DNA of 63,708 nt, counting the filler, from Reticulomyxa filosa (lineage: Eukaryota > Protista > Foraminifera): assembly GCA_000512085.1 (NCBI GenBank). It is 17 parts of 17 records of this genome, joined end to end, with 100 filler letters (N's around TTAATTAATTAA, not from the genome) between each part and the next. Parts side by side here need not be neighbours in the genome. Positions count along the whole stretch, not along the records: positions 13,303 to 15,829 come from ASPP01023680.1; positions 15,930 to 20,458 come from ASPP01009083.1; positions 20,559 to 25,908 come from ASPP01018479.1; positions 26,009 to 28,911 come from ASPP01026264.1; 13 more parts are not named here. One strand, written 5' to 3'. Shown here one piece after another: positions 13,699 to 26,734 of the stretch; positions within the stretch are counted from its first letter, which is position 1; each line of letters begins with the position of its first letter. The notes under the pieces are model-generated. The model saw nothing but the letters and a program-made list of their open reading frames with translations. It was not told the DNA's origin and made no database searches. The translations under genes were made by a program, and so were the position numbers.

Positions 13699-14713
13699 GC
13701 TTGTTTGATTTTTATTAAAAGTTTAATAAATTTTTTTTAGCATGATTGAGTAGTTGTAACTTTCAATTACTGATTAAATTTTTAATTTTGATGGAAATGT
13801 TTTTTTGTAAAGATTTCATTCATTTTTTCTTTTTTCTTATCAACACCAGCCAAAATGGAGTTCCTATGTATAAAATTGCTCGAAAAAAAAAATGGACTAG
13901 TTGAACATTGCTTGCCCAAAGCTTCGGTATTTTATGTTATAGTGTTTTATAGCCAAGTTCATTTGGTTCTTATACTCGTATACACAAAATATCCACTTCG
14001 TCATGGTAGAGATGTTACCTATATTTTTTCAAGAGGACGTAAAGTAATGTGGATTAAGTTTGATACATAAGTAAAGTAAACGTTTAAAATTAGAGCTTTG
14101 AATATTTTTTCTGTTATTTTTTGATTGCGTTATATAAAACGTTTTTGTACAACTGTTTTCTCAATAAAAATCGTGGAAATTTAAAAAGATACAAAACCGT
14201 TGAAAGTTTTACTTATCCGTCGTTTTGTCGCTCTTCTTAAAAAAAAACATGTGCAAGAAAAAACGATGCCTTTGGAATTACTCGACTGCCCAAAAGAAAC
14301 GTCAAAATTTATATTGAATCAAAAACTTTTACAATGTTATAAAAGAAAGTAAAAAAAAAAAGGAAAAGATGAAGAGCAAAACATAAAAAGACAGGACTAT
14401 ATCACTACAAAAGTAACACAAGCAAAGGCAATGTATTTGAGTGAGAGAAAAAAAACCACTGAAAAATGTAGTCAATGAAATAAAGCTTAAAAAAGACAAC
14501 AAAAAAAATCCAAGAAGAATGCCAGGTACCTTTGAAGAATGTGTATCTTGTTTTGCTATTTATTTATTTTTTTTAATATTCCAAACCAAAGCTTATTTAA
14601 TAAGAAGTAGTATTTGCAAGACTTGATATTGGACTGGAAGAAAATATTGTAAGACAAATGCAATGAGAAACCAGCAACGAAGGGGGCAAGAGAGGAGAGA
14701 AGGAGTCTAAGTA

Positions 14714-15730
14714 TTACACAAAGTTCCGTGCCACTTGTGGAGGTCTATGATTGAGGGAAGGAGGGCCATGGCCAGCAGCATGCGCGCAATGATCTTGTTT
14801 GAGCTTGGATTCTGAGAGAGTGGACGTGTCGAATTGGAAAAGCATATTTCTGTCATTGAGTACCTCGGAAGTGGTTTGGATGGAGCGAATGGAATTGCCA
14901 TGGGACATATTTGCATCCGTGTCATCGCAGCTAAAATTGGTATCACTATTTTCCACGACATGTCCAGCAAAGGCAGTGGAGGCAATATCGGCGAATAAGT
15001 TGAGGCGCGCACTATTTTCATGATCATTGGAGCTTGATATGAAAAACGAGTTGTTCTTATTGTTGCAGTTGGTAGTGGCATTAGCAACATTGATTGTAGC
15101 ATTAGTCTTATGATTAGTAGTATTAGTATTAATATTAGTAATGGTAGGATTAGTAGCAGTAGTAGTAGTAGTAGTTGTTGTTGTAGCAATAGCAGTAGTA
15201 TTCGTAGCAGCACCTGTCGCAGTGGTGATGGTGGTAGTTGCACTAGTGTCCGTATTGTTTGGATAGTGACCCATTGGCTGCGCTAACAGCTTCCGTTGCG
15301 ATCCATTGTCGATAAGTGCAGCCTCTTTCACCTCCTCCTCCGACTCTGTAAGCTTGTCGAAAATCTTGGGCAAGTGGTTCATATAGCGGAGCGATCGATT
15401 TCGCTCCACATTGTCGCTCATGTACCCGTCGTCGTCATACAAGTCCGCATTGAATCTGCGCGGGATTGTGCTGTCCACTGACAGGTCCGCCGTGCAACTG
15501 GGCGCTGCCGCTCCCCCTCTCCAAGGGTTCGTCTCATTGCTGCCACGAAGGTTCAACGCTTCCTCTATGCACGGCTGGCGAAGCGCCGTGTGATCCCAAT
15601 TATTCCTCGGCGTGCTTTCCGCCGTCGCAGTTCCGCAGCTCCCGTGCGACACGCTTGTCACTGACTGAAGTCTTCGCGAGGTCTCATTACTTGTTGTATC
15701 TTTCGCCACTATTTTCGACGCGCTCTTGCA
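14714..15730 (-). CDS. Hypothetical T/N-rich low-complexity protein, 3' exon
   Basis: About 340-codon open frame with higher GC than its flanks and poly-Thr/Asn tracts; no recognisable domain. Confidence 0.6.
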   Translation of the reverse strand, partial: CKSASKIVAKDTTSNETSRRLQSVTSVSHGSCGTATAESTPRNNWDHTALRQPCIEEALNLRGSNETNPWRGGAAAPSCTADLSVDSTIPRRFNADLYDDDGYMSDNVERNRSLRYMNHLPKIFDKLTESEEEVKEAALIDNGSQRKLLAQPMGHYPNNTDTSATTTITTATGAATNTTAIATTTTTTTTTATNPTITNINTNTTNHKTNATINVANATTNCNNKNNSFFISSSNDHENSARLNLFADIASTAFAGHVVENSDTNFSCDDTDANMSHGNSIRSIQTTSEVLNDRNMLFQFDTSTLSESKLKQDHCAHAAGHGPPSLNHRPPQVARNFV

Positions 15731-15930
15731 ATTATATGTATGCGTACATATATACATATACATATATATATATATATGTATATGTACAAATAAATTGAAA
15801 ATCAATATACTTATTTTTTTTTTTTTTTTNNNNNNNNNNNNNNNNNNNNNNNNNNNNNNNNNNNNNNNNNNNNTTAATTAATTAANNNNNNNNNNNNNNN
15901 NNNNNNNNNNNNNNNNNNNNNNNNNNNNNA

Positions 15931-15968
<38 letters not shown>

Positions 15969-16690
15969 CGGTCGCAGTGGCACGAGAAGTAGAAGGAGAT
16001 TTATTCCAAAGTGATTTGGGGAATGGTTTGTATTTCCGCGAAGGTACGTTTGACGCGGCGATAAGTATCTCAACGTTTCAATGGTTGACAAACTGCGACG
16101 AGATGCACATGAATCCGAAGCGACGATTGGCGAACATCTTTAATGACTTATTCAAAGTGTTGAAGCGCGGAGGACGTTGCGTGATCCAATTGTACCCACA
16201 GTCGTCACAGCAGCTGGAGCTGATGAGCGAGTGTGCAATGAAAGCCGGCTTCGTACTAAGCATTCTTGTCGATTTCCCCAACTCAACCAAGGCTAAGAAA
16301 TACTACCTTATCTTAGACAGCGGCAGTGTCAAGCGCTACATTCCCAAGGCGCTGACCATGGAGGAATATGAACAACGCAAACACGAACTGCCCGACGATA
16401 TCGACGTGGAGAGCATCAAACTGCAGTCGCAGAAAAGTCAGGTCAAAACCTTGGCTGGCAAAAGCTGCAAAAGTGCGGCGTCCTCGGCCATGGACTCGAT
16501 CCAACTTCAGGCCATGCGCTCCCATCATCTTCATATCCCTGCTAAGAAACCCAAAACGGCCAGGCGCGGACCTGAACGCTTCCAGGACAAAGACTGGATC
16601 TTGCAGGCCAAGGAACGCAGGAGGAAAAAAGGATTCGCTGTTCCACGCGACTCCAAATACACGGGCAGAAAAAGAAAACCTCGCTTTTAA
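15969..16690 (+). CDS. BUD23: 18S rRNA m7G methyltransferase BUD23/WBSCR22, 3' part
   Basis: REVEGDLFQSDLGNGLYFREGTFDAAISISTFQWLTN, GFVLSILVDFPNSTKAKKYYLIL and the C-terminal KDWILQAKERRRKKG...DSKYTGRKRKPRF. Confidence 0.96.
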
Positions 16691-17514
16691 TACTCTTCCC
16701 ATTTTTTCCACAATTCGCTTTTGTTTTATCTTTTTTTTAAAAGTAAAAAAAAAAAAAAAAAGGGTGTCGTTGTTGCTTTGTTGTAATTTCTTGACGCTCC
16801 TAACACTGTTCTTTGTATGTTTTTCTACTCGTGCCTTAAACGCACGTCACTTTTGGGGGGAGGGGGGGGGGAGGGAAAGGGCTTCGGGTTTGTCACTACC
16901 TCTGTTTTAAAAGGCTCTCTCTTATTCTCTTGGTCTAATCTTGTTCTTATTCACTTGCTGCAAGTAGTAATCTCTCTATTTTGTGCGTGTTTTAATAACA
17001 TCAACTCTTAGTCATTCTAGCGACCACGAAACAATGTTCAAAATGATTTACATTCCCGAAATTTTGTATATTAACTTTATGATTTTGTTTGCTGATGAAT
17101 TAAACAGTTTTCGAAAGTATTCCAATACACCACTATTTGTGGCATGAGAGAAAAAAAAAACATACACAATAACAAGAGAACATTAAACTGCATTGGTTTG
17201 ACAATTTGACTAAACATAACCCGAAAATAAAACAAAACAAGGGTGGCCCAGAAACGAGAAGAAAATTCGAGCCACAGCACTTTGAAATTTGACAAGGCTA
17301 ACTTCAAGAAACTCAATGCTTAATAAAAAAAAAAAAAGGAAAGCAAAAAAGCAGCGTTTGAAATGAAAACATATTTGATCAGCAGTAAACCTTCTCTTTT
17401 GTGTTGCGTTGTGTTACATTGGGAAAAATGACGACTGACTTTCAGATGGACAATTGACACATTGGAGATGTTTAATTAAAAAAAATTTTTTTAAAAAAAA
17501 GTTACTTAGTATTA

Positions 17515-18659
17515 TTATGGTGATGATGATGAAGAAGACAAAATGTTATCAAAATGAAAAGAGGGATGTGACTGTTGAGAAACAATTGCAAGAGAGGCAA
17601 CAGAAGTGGACAAAGCCCTAGCGGCAATGATTTTATTGGCAATGGCGGCTGTGGGGATAGCACAAGCGAGCCAAATGAAGCCATTGTTTTGAAGAAAGAG
17701 TTGAACAGGATGATACATGTTCAGAGCGACATGTTTCCAATCCCAAACGCCAGGCGTTCCATTGCTTTTTTTAAGTCCCGAAGTGGACTTATTTTTGTCG
17801 TCCTTCGGATGGTCGTGGCTATTTAAGGTGATGCTTTTGTTGCCACCGACGTCTCTGGAATGGTTCGAGTTGCTTTTGGTTTCCAAGTCGTGCGCGCCCC
17901 TGGTCACAATCTCGGGCATTATCGCAACCGACTCGTCCGCGCTGGAGTTGTGCGACATCGTCTCCACCAGCAAGTCGCGATTCGCCATGTCCAATGGGAT
18001 CTCATCCTTCGGCACGCCACTTGACCGATACTCCCATACGTCGAAGAACAAGCTCGCTAAACTAAGATTTATGCACGCTCCACTTAAAGCTAATAACGAG
18101 CTCTTTTATTTGTATTGAAATGTGTATACAAAAGATATATTGTTTACATATATCATATATCATATATCATATATCATATATCATATATGTATGTACATAT
18201 ATCATATTATTATGTGTGTTGTATGTACTTATCAAAAAAAAAAATAATAATAATAATAATAATAATAAATTTTTTAATACTTACTCGAAGACCATCTTGA
18301 AATCCATAGTTTGTCCCTATGCTCCCATGAGAGGCCAATCGATGCGCCACTTTGGCCCAGAAATATCGCGAAGATAATGCGCCTGCAAACCACCAACAAC
18401 TTGTGAAAAAGAGCAGTCGCTCCGATGTTGGCCATCTTATTTCCAGTGTGTGCACCACCGATTTGCTGTCTTGTCTCTCTGATGTCATCTCCAGGCACGA
18501 TGCCACCACTCCCCCTATCGAAAACAAACACGCTATCGAATACGACACTCTTGGTGGGTACAGGCCACCGAGATTATTTCTTGTCGATCTTGTGTCAGGT
18601 ACTACTTTTCCTGTTGTATAACATCGCTTCTGCAAAAATAATCGGATGCGAGTACTCAT
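17515..18659 (-). CDS. Two-exon putative membrane protein, weakly Mpv17/PMP22-like, with a possible mitochondrial presequence
   Basis: R/S/T-rich N-terminus (MSTRIRLFLQKRCY) and about 4 hydrophobic segments including ERLLFFTSCWWFAGALSSRYFW. Intron about 18106-18284. The family call is tentative. Confidence 0.45.
18147..18188 (+). repeat. (CATATAT)x6 heptamer tandem repeat, intronic
   Basis: Direct reading of the sequence. Confidence 0.9.
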
Positions 18660-20558
18660 ATCCAAATATAAAAAGCGTTCAATAATTTTCTTTTTTTTCA
18701 ATTTGCTTAAATTAAGCCCTTTTTTTTAACAGCGGGACAAAGTTGACTGGTAGTACTGTTCTACTTTGTCGAACAAATCAAATGAAGTAGTGGTGCAACG
18801 GTTCCATTTTTTTGAGAAAAAAAACGTTGTTGTTATTTTAGTTAATCTCTCTATCAGAAAGTCAATGCTCGATGCTACATCAGACTAATAGCACTTGTGT
18901 TTCATTGTGGAACTAGAAAAGGTTTTATTTGAGGTAAAACTTCGCTGCTCACGAAAAAGAAAGTGGAAAATGTGCAACAACAAAAAATCAAGGTTCACTG
19001 GAAGCTTGTTTCGTTTTTGATATTGGGAACGAAAAACAGATGAAAGTATACACAGCAGATGTCAGCGAAAAAAAAATGACAGAGAAGCGCGAACTGATAC
19101 GCGGCCAAGAGATATGGTCAGATCTGCAAAGTAACGAAACAACTGAAAAGACACTAATTGCTAATCAGAGCTATGTTGTCACAGTGATTATTATAAGAAC
19201 TTCTTACATAGAAAACATAAGGTGACATTACGTCTGACTTAAGAGCACATACACAGAAATATTTAAATTGTATTGAAAAGTGTATTTGAAAATAAAGAAT
19301 TAGCATTTTTTTTGTCACTTTTGACAAAATGATTATTACATATTCCAAAAATTATTGGAAAATAATTCCGCTTTACTTAAGCGATCAATTTATAATAATT
19401 TAGAATTGTTATCATAGTAATTCAATTGTTTGTCTTGAAAATTAATATCAACTTAATTTACAAAACATTACGTGCTTTTAGATATATTATAATTTGCAAC
19501 ATCTTAATGCACAGCTGTTATACAAAGTTATTCGATATTTTGAAGAATATTAAAAAGTGTATTTAATAACTAATTATCACAATTATTGCAATACATTAGA
19601 ATAAAAAGGAAAATTTACACTTAAAATAGCATCTTATAAAGGTGATTTATTTCTACATGAAAAAACAACATTTAAAAACTTTTTTTTATTTGACAACTTG
19701 TTCATTAGAATAATCTATGTTTGCTGAAAGTTTTATTTATAAATACTGGCATACCAAATGCTTAATTTTAAGGTTAAACACTTATTGCTTTGTTATATTA
19801 CTTTTATTGAAAAAAGTGTATTTTCAATTGGAAAAGATAATGAAAAATTTTCCAAAAAGCAAAATACTTATAATTGTAAAATGAAATTACTTATCATTCC
19901 AGTAAATCTTTACATCAGACATAAGTTTGGCAAAGAATAGCAACATATATTCGCTGTTATAAAGATAATTAGACGATATACTACTTGACTTTCATAAGAT
20001 ATCACAATCACATAAAAAAGCTCTCCATTATCATTTTAAGTTATTTGTAGAATAAATTGTTAAATTATAGTTTAACAAAGAATAGGGTACATATAACTAA
20101 ATGCAATTGATTGAAAGTCAGCTCGAAAGTGGTGGTTATTTCCATAAAACGTTATATTGAAATGAGATACTTATGAAGTAATATTGCAATGAAAGTATTC
20201 CCAGAATTAGACATAAAAATTAATTTTGGAAACTTTACCTCGATGATAAGATGTCAAAGTAAGAATAGTGAAATTTGAGAAATTTTAACAAAATATAACC
20301 AGATATTACGGACACGTCACAAGTGCAAGCAAAAGTGAAAAGGTATGTCATGTCGGAACTGTCAATAAATTTCATGTCACTATGGAGGACCTTATTTCAA
20401 GTGTTGTTATTAGAATCATGTGTATTGCTTGCAATATCCGCAGCATCTCTGCAAGATTNNNNNNNNNNNNNNNNNNNNNNNNNNNNNNNNNNNNNNNNNN
20501 NNTTAATTAATTAANNNNNNNNNNNNNNNNNNNNNNNNNNNNNNNNNNNNNNNNNNNN

Positions 20559-20598
<40 letters not shown>

Positions 20599-20716
20599 AT
20601 TTATATTTATGTATACATATTTGTTATATTTCTCACGATTTGTTGCATATTGTTCAGGACTAAAAAAAAAAACATTTTTGCAAGAGGGGGGGGGGAGGGA
20701 GGAGGTCATTTCCGAC

Positions 20717-21553
20717 TTACCGTTCTCCTAATCGTCGCATTAATCGAAAGCGGAATTTCCTCAACTTTTCCAGGTCCCCGCCGAATGCTTTTTCTACTTG
20801 GTTTGGTGTGGAGCATCCAATTTCGTCATATAACACTGGATGGCCTTGTTCGTCCTTGCCTTCAATTATGTTTCGTATGCACGTGTGATAAAAATGTACC
20901 ATTTGAGAGGTTATCAGAAAGGCTTCAGTGATAGCAATAAAAAAGAGGGAGAGAGAAGGGGGGGGAAAGGAGGGAAGGAAAGGGCACGAAATCGTGTGGA
21001 ACGTTTAACAAACATTGTTTGCACCTTACCATAAATATACACAGGCCAGGCTTCAAAACAGTCTTTTTCTTCAGGCCATTCTTGCTCTGTTATCTTGTTG
21101 AATTGATATTTTTCAAATGTTTCCTGATGTTCATTTGTTTGTTTGTTTTTTATTGTTTTAATTATTATTAAAAAAAAAAAAAGAACTTTTTTTGTCTTGC
21201 CCCCTTTTTCATTATTTCTTTTCCCCCCCCCTTTTTTTTTTTTGACATACCAAGTAATAGCGCAGTCGCTCCACGGTCGTCTTCTGTCTTTCCTTCTCGT
21301 GCGCGTATCCTCTGACAAAGCGAGTGACGACGTCCGGTGGGATGTTGTTCAACTTTTCACCAAACTCTTTTTGTAAATGGGCTTGTATTTCGCGGTCTCC
21401 TGGCGTCTCTTGCTGGGCATGCTCCACTGGATTTGACTTCAAAAGCGTCGGGTTGGCATTGAAATAATAGGGTTGATTCGTTTCGGTTGGTTTCTCCTTT
21501 TTTTCGTCGTCTCCCTCAGTGGAAATTTTCGTGTTTGAATCCGTTGCGGTCAT
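20717..21553 (-). CDS. Sec14/CRAL-TRIO lipid-binding protein, 5' exons; 3' end cut by the contig break
   Basis: PDVVTRFVRGY...ERLRYYL|ETFEKYQFNKI...WPVYIYG|KDEQGHPVLYDEIG matches CRAL_TRIO_N and the GxDxxGxPV motif. Confidence 0.85.
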
Positions 21554-22596
21554 GACCACATCAACAGTGTTTGACAAAAGAATTAATTAAATCCTGATGT
21601 GCTGAACAAAGATGATTCGGGGGTGCTTCAAAAAAAAAAAAAGGGAGAGCGCAAAACACTTTTCAAAAGGGGTACTACTGGGCAAGACCTACCCACTTTA
21701 TGTGAAGAATCCATTTTTACAGGTTAATATGGTTGTACCACGTTGCTAAAGTACCTCCTTGCAAAGATTAAATTATATTTTTTAAAATTACCTTAGTCTA
21801 TTTTTCTTTGTAATTTTTAGTAGAATAAGAGCTTTTTTAAAGTAAATGTATACACAATTTTATTATAATATGCATAATATTAAAAAAAAGACATTTTAAT
21901 TTAATTTTTATCATGACTACTGTAATACTTTTTTAATTAATTTCTATTTAGGTTGACAGTTGCTCAAAAGATTTTTTACATTACATTGTTAGTGGATGGT
22001 TGTTCTATATCCACGCAAAACTGTTTGTACAAATAAATTTCGTTTTCCTCAAGATAAGACAGCAACAAAAGTAATTACACAGTTCAACTTATTTATAAAA
22101 AGATATACCTATCACGTGTGTTATACTTTTGTCTTTAAATAAAGAGTAAATCACAGCAAAGTGGAATATTATAAAAAGTTGTACTTGCTATGCACAAAAG
22201 TTTGTCCATTTTGAACATGGTTTTGTAACATACATTGAAATTCTTTTATTGTTGATCAAAATTGTTTTAAAAATACAAATTTCAAAGATATCATTCGCTT
22301 TAACTAGATATTGTCAAATTCACCAATTGAAATATATCTTCCTTTGGTTCTTGCTAATGCGTACATAAGCTATCGATATCGTAATAAGTGAATATCTTCC
22401 CTTTGTTGTTAAGGCTGGCACAACGAATAAATTTCACATTATTATTTTCTTTGACTCTACTAATTTTAAATATCCGTCAGTTACTTTTTTCGCAGTGATA
22501 GAACAGGGGTATATTTTTAAAATCAGATCTTGCTCATCATCCTGCTTTATTAAAAAAAAATACGGAAATTCATCCCTATTGATCAGAAGAATTGGA

Positions 22597-23964
22597 ATGG
22601 GAAACATTATAACCGCGTCGAAAACCTCAAACAAAAACAATATCATGAAACGTGTGTCTTTGTTAGAGGTCAATAACAAAACAATTGATCAACCGGCTGC
22701 GGCAACAAATGAACGAATACAATCAGTGACTGCGTTGTCGATTGAAAAAGATTCAGAGCGAGACTATGTACAGTCATTATATTCGGTATTTGAATTGCAA
22801 TAAAACAATACAAACAAACAATTAGGTATCATGTTACGACAATTATTTTTTTTATTATTATTAAATAAAAAACAAAAAGAGTGAAGAAGAAATAAATTTG
22901 ATATTAGAAAACTGGATCCATGCGTCAGCAATCCAAAAGGGATGGATAAGTGAATTTAACAAAATTATCACAAAATATGTATGTATGTATGTATGTATAT
23001 GTGTATTATCTATCTATCCTGTATTCTTTGAGTACATATTGTGACTATTTTGATTGATGAAAATCCATGTAAACAGATCAAATACTATAAATTACTAAAA
23101 AGTATTAACATACATCACGGTTTTGTGAAAAGAGTAAAATTTTCATCAGATGGAACCAAAATTGTTTCTGCCGCCTTTGATGGGACGATTCAGATATGGG
23201 ATATAAAATTGCAAAAAACAATAAAAGTATTAAAAAGACATTCCAGTTGGGTGTATTGTGCTCAATTTTCACCAGATGGGACAATGATTGTTTCAGGATC
23301 GGATGACAAAACTGTTCGAATATGGGATGTAAGATTAGAAGAGGAAGTGCATATATTAAATGGGCATTCGTCTGGTGTGACAAGTGTTCAATTTTCACCA
23401 GATGGTCAGACCATTGCATCATGTTCATTTGATAAAGCAATTCTACTGTGGGATGTAAAATCTGGAGAAGAACTAAAAAAATTGATAGGGCATTTGGATT
23501 GGGTTAATGATGTTCAATTTTCACCGGATGGTCAATTTATTGTATCATCTTCTTTTGACAATACAATTGCAATATGGAGTGTGAAACAAGGAAAAAGGAT
23601 AAATCAATTACGAGGACATACAGGTGTTGTAATGAGGGCACGATATTCACCAGATGGTTTCTCTATTCTTTCTTGTTCAGCAGATAAAACAATTCGGATA
23701 TGGGACTCCAAATCTGGAAGAGAGCTCAAAAGAATTGAAGGGCATTCGAGAACTGTGTCCGATGTGACATGTTCGCAAAGTGGGCAAATTATTGTAACAT
23801 GCTCTTATGATGGCACAGTTCGGTTGTGGGACTTAAAATCAGGACAAGAATTTCAAAAATTGGAAATACATTCAAATTGGGTCACGACAGTAGATATTTC
23901 ACCAGATGACAAAATCATTGTGTCGGGCTCTCATGATAAAACTATCGTATTTTGTGGAATGTAA
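22597..23964 (+). CDS. WD40 beta-propeller protein (3 exons: about 22597-22785, 22879-22978, 23077-23964)
   Basis: Seven GH...FSPDG...SxDxTI(R)IWD repeats. The N-terminus MGNIIT fits the myristoylation consensus MGxxxS/T. The middle mini-exon reads SEEEINLILENWIHASAIQKGWISEFNKIITKY. Confidence 0.93.
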
Positions 23965-24863
23965 ACTGCGTTAAAGCAAAAAATATCAACGATTTGTCAC
24001 ATCTATGCAAACTGTAGATGCAATTCTGCTACAAAAATAATCATAAAGGAAAAGTAAATAAAAATCAATTATCCCTTAAAAAAAAAAAAAATAATAAAAA
24101 TAAAATTGTTGCTTCATTCCAAAATGTTTTACAGCCAAATGTTTCAAATATTTCACACTTGTATCACACAAACATGTGTGCATGATGAAAGGTATTACTT
24201 AAATAATTGTATATGAGGATTTTCGTCCCTAATCTGTTTCCATATTTATCTCCAAGAAAAAAACCAAATCAAAAATACGCAAGGCCTGTTGACTAGTAAA
24301 CGAAGTTCCAAGAGAACCTTGAACATCCTTTTCTTCTAAAACTTTTTTATTTGTTCTTCAATCAATTTTCTCTTATTCGTGTTTATTGGTTTTTCAAATT
24401 TCTTTATTTAATTAGCTTTTATTTTTATTAAAATTTACCCAAAAAAGGCACTCTTTTCGTACTGTGCTTGCAGGTTTCCGACACTTTTTTTTGTTAACAC
24501 GCAAAAAAGGTAAGTTGGAGGTATACAAGATTTTTAAAAGATAACTTAAACGTCAATATTTAAAACCAACCTTTATCTATACAGATTATTTGTGTTTTTT
24601 GCGATGCTCCAAAGATACGTATTAATCTCATAAAAAGCAGAAAATGAGAAAATATGACGAAAATGGGGATATTAAAAAAATGTAAAATTTTGTCAAAGAT
24701 TTCAATCTTTAGTTTTTGAATACAAATGTTTAATAGACACATTTGTTTTTTTTTAGAACAATTAAATACTACGAGGACCCGCTCAAAGACTAAATATTGC
24801 AATGAAAAAAAAAGTTGTGCCAAAAAAAAATACACCGAACGGACAAAAACAAAAAAATAAGTG

Positions 24864-25583
24864 TTATATTGCAGATTCTCTGTTCAATTGTGGACAGTGA
24901 TTCTGTCCATGTCCCAAAGCATTGCAATGAAAACAGCGAGATTTTGGACAATGGCGCCGGAGATGTCCTTGTTGGCCACAACAATAACAAACCCACTTTT
25001 CTCGATTGCACATATTTTCAGTATGTCCTTTTTGCAGACACTTCTGACAAGGTCGCTCTGAGTTTTTATTGACCTCATTCGTTTGCTCTGTAGGCAAATT
25101 GTTTTCAATCAAAGCTGACTTTACGTTAAATTGGCTTTGTAATTGTTCTTCATTTTTCGTGTCTTGAATGCCCATTGTATCGATATTGTTTTGTATTTTG
25201 TTTTCCGCTTCGTCGTCACGGTCATTTCTTGTCACTGTTGTAAATATGTGTTGCGGACACAAGCGGTGAAAAGTGCCATTGTTTTCGGACTTATTCAATC
25301 CCTTGTCGTCGTCCAACATGTTACTGCTTTGATTTGCGTTAACTGTATTACTTGTGCTCGAGTCACAATGTCTCAAGGATTGGACATAATCACCAACAAC
25401 AGGAGGCTTAAACCGATATGTAGGCTTGATGTAGTGCTGATCACTTTTAGTTACTTTTAAATGGTGATAGTGCCATGTTGGAGATTTTATCGGCTGAGGT
25501 TGTTTTGGTTTTGCTAATTTTATTGTAATGTTCTGATTTTTGTCTTGTGTGCCATTCGAAGTCGGTACGAAAGCTGTATTCAT
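24864..25583 (-). CDS. Protein with three C-terminal CCHC zinc knuckles
   Basis: CQKCLQKGHTENMC, CYCCGQQGHLRRHC and CFHCNALGHGQNHC each fit CX2CX4HX4C. Confidence 0.88.
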   Translation of the reverse strand: MNTAFVPTSNGTQDKNQNITIKLAKPKQPQPIKSPTWHYHHLKVTKSDQHYIKPTYRFKPPVVGDYVQSLRHCDSSTSNTVNANQSSNMLDDDKGLNKSENNGTFHRLCPQHIFTTVTRNDRDDEAENKIQNNIDTMGIQDTKNEEQLQSQFNVKSALIENNLPTEQTNEVNKNSERPCQKCLQKGHTENMCNREKWVCYCCGQQGHLRRHCPKSRCFHCNALGHGQNHCPQLNRESAI

Positions 25584-26008
25584 GAGACGATCCCAGTTTT
25601 TTCAGGTGTTGTAAGAATAAATCCCTCTTCGTAGAAATACTACGTTGATTGCTAAATATAATCCGACAATATTCTAATAATAATGATTTTTATCACCTCA
25701 AAAGTTGTTCTTTGTCAGACGACAGACAAGCGTTTTTTCTTGTTATACCTAGGGGGTTCTGGAACTGTTATTGATTAAAATGCTTCGAAATTAAAAGCGT
25801 AAGAGCCAGTTTGCATATTTCCTTTCAAGTTATACAATTTATATCAGCTTGGTCTGTGTCGAAGGATATTCACCTTGTAAAAGCTGAACCTGTTGAAATT
25901 TTACAAAANNNNNNNNNNNNNNNNNNNNNNNNNNNNNNNNNNNNNNNNNNNNTTAATTAATTAANNNNNNNNNNNNNNNNNNNNNNNNNNNNNNNNNNNN
26001 NNNNNNNN

Positions 26009-26734
26009 TTGAAAGTTAATGGAATTGAATTTTCACCGTTTAATGGTGGTAAATATTTATGTTCTGGATCATTTGACAAAACAGTTCGTTTATGGGATGT
26101 TGAAACATCAAAATCATTACATGTTTTCAATGGACATGAAGATATTATTTGGTGTGTTGATATTTCGCCATTACAAAGCAATAACAAAAATGATAAAAGG
26201 AATAATATTGGTGTGATTGGTGGAAATGGATATACAATTTGTTCTGGATCATTTGATAATACCATTCGAATATGGGATATTGAAACAACCAAACAATTCA
26301 ATGTATTCAAAAAACATGAAGGTGAGATTAGGAGTGTAAAATATGGATCAAATGAATTATTAAATACAATATTATCTGGATCAAATGATAGAAGTGTTCG
26401 TTTGTGGGATATTCGATCTAGACAACAAATTCAAGTGTTCAATGGACATACAAGTATTGTATTGTCTGTTGAATATTCACCATTTGTGATAAAAAATAAT
26501 ATTGGTAATTCAAATGTGATATGCTCTGGATCAAGTGATAGTACAATTCGTTTTTGGGATATTCGATCAAATAAGAATGAATTGTATATGATCAAAGGAG
26601 ATAAGATAGCAGATAATGGAATATGCTGTCTTAAATTTGTTGGATTGAAAAAGAAAAAGGATACAAAGAATGTCGCATATGATTTGAATTTGTATTATGG
26701 TTCAATTAAAGGTCGCATTCGTATTTGGGGATAA
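26009..26734 (+). CDS. WD40 repeat protein of an expanded lineage-specific family, 3' part
   Basis: LCSGSFDKTVRLWDVET, GGNGYTICSGSFDNTIRIWDIET, ILSGSNDRSVRLWDIRS and terminal IRIWG*. Confidence 0.93.
   Translation: MKVNGIEFSPFNGGKYLCSGSFDKTVRLWDVETSKSLHVFNGHEDIIWCVDISPLQSNNKNDKRNNIGVIGGNGYTICSGSFDNTIRIWDIETTKQFNVFKKHEGEIRSVKYGSNELLNTILSGSNDRSVRLWDIRSRQQIQVFNGHTSIVLSVEYSPFVIKNNIGNSNVICSGSSDSTIRFWDIRSNKNELYMIKGDKIADNGICCLKFVGLKKKKDTKNVAYDLNLYYGSIKGRIRIWG

Noticed and set aside
18700-20458. Small ORFs of 60-65 aa in an AT-rich tract
   Set aside because: They have no coding-like composition or motifs and are consistent with chance ORFs in intergenic DNA.
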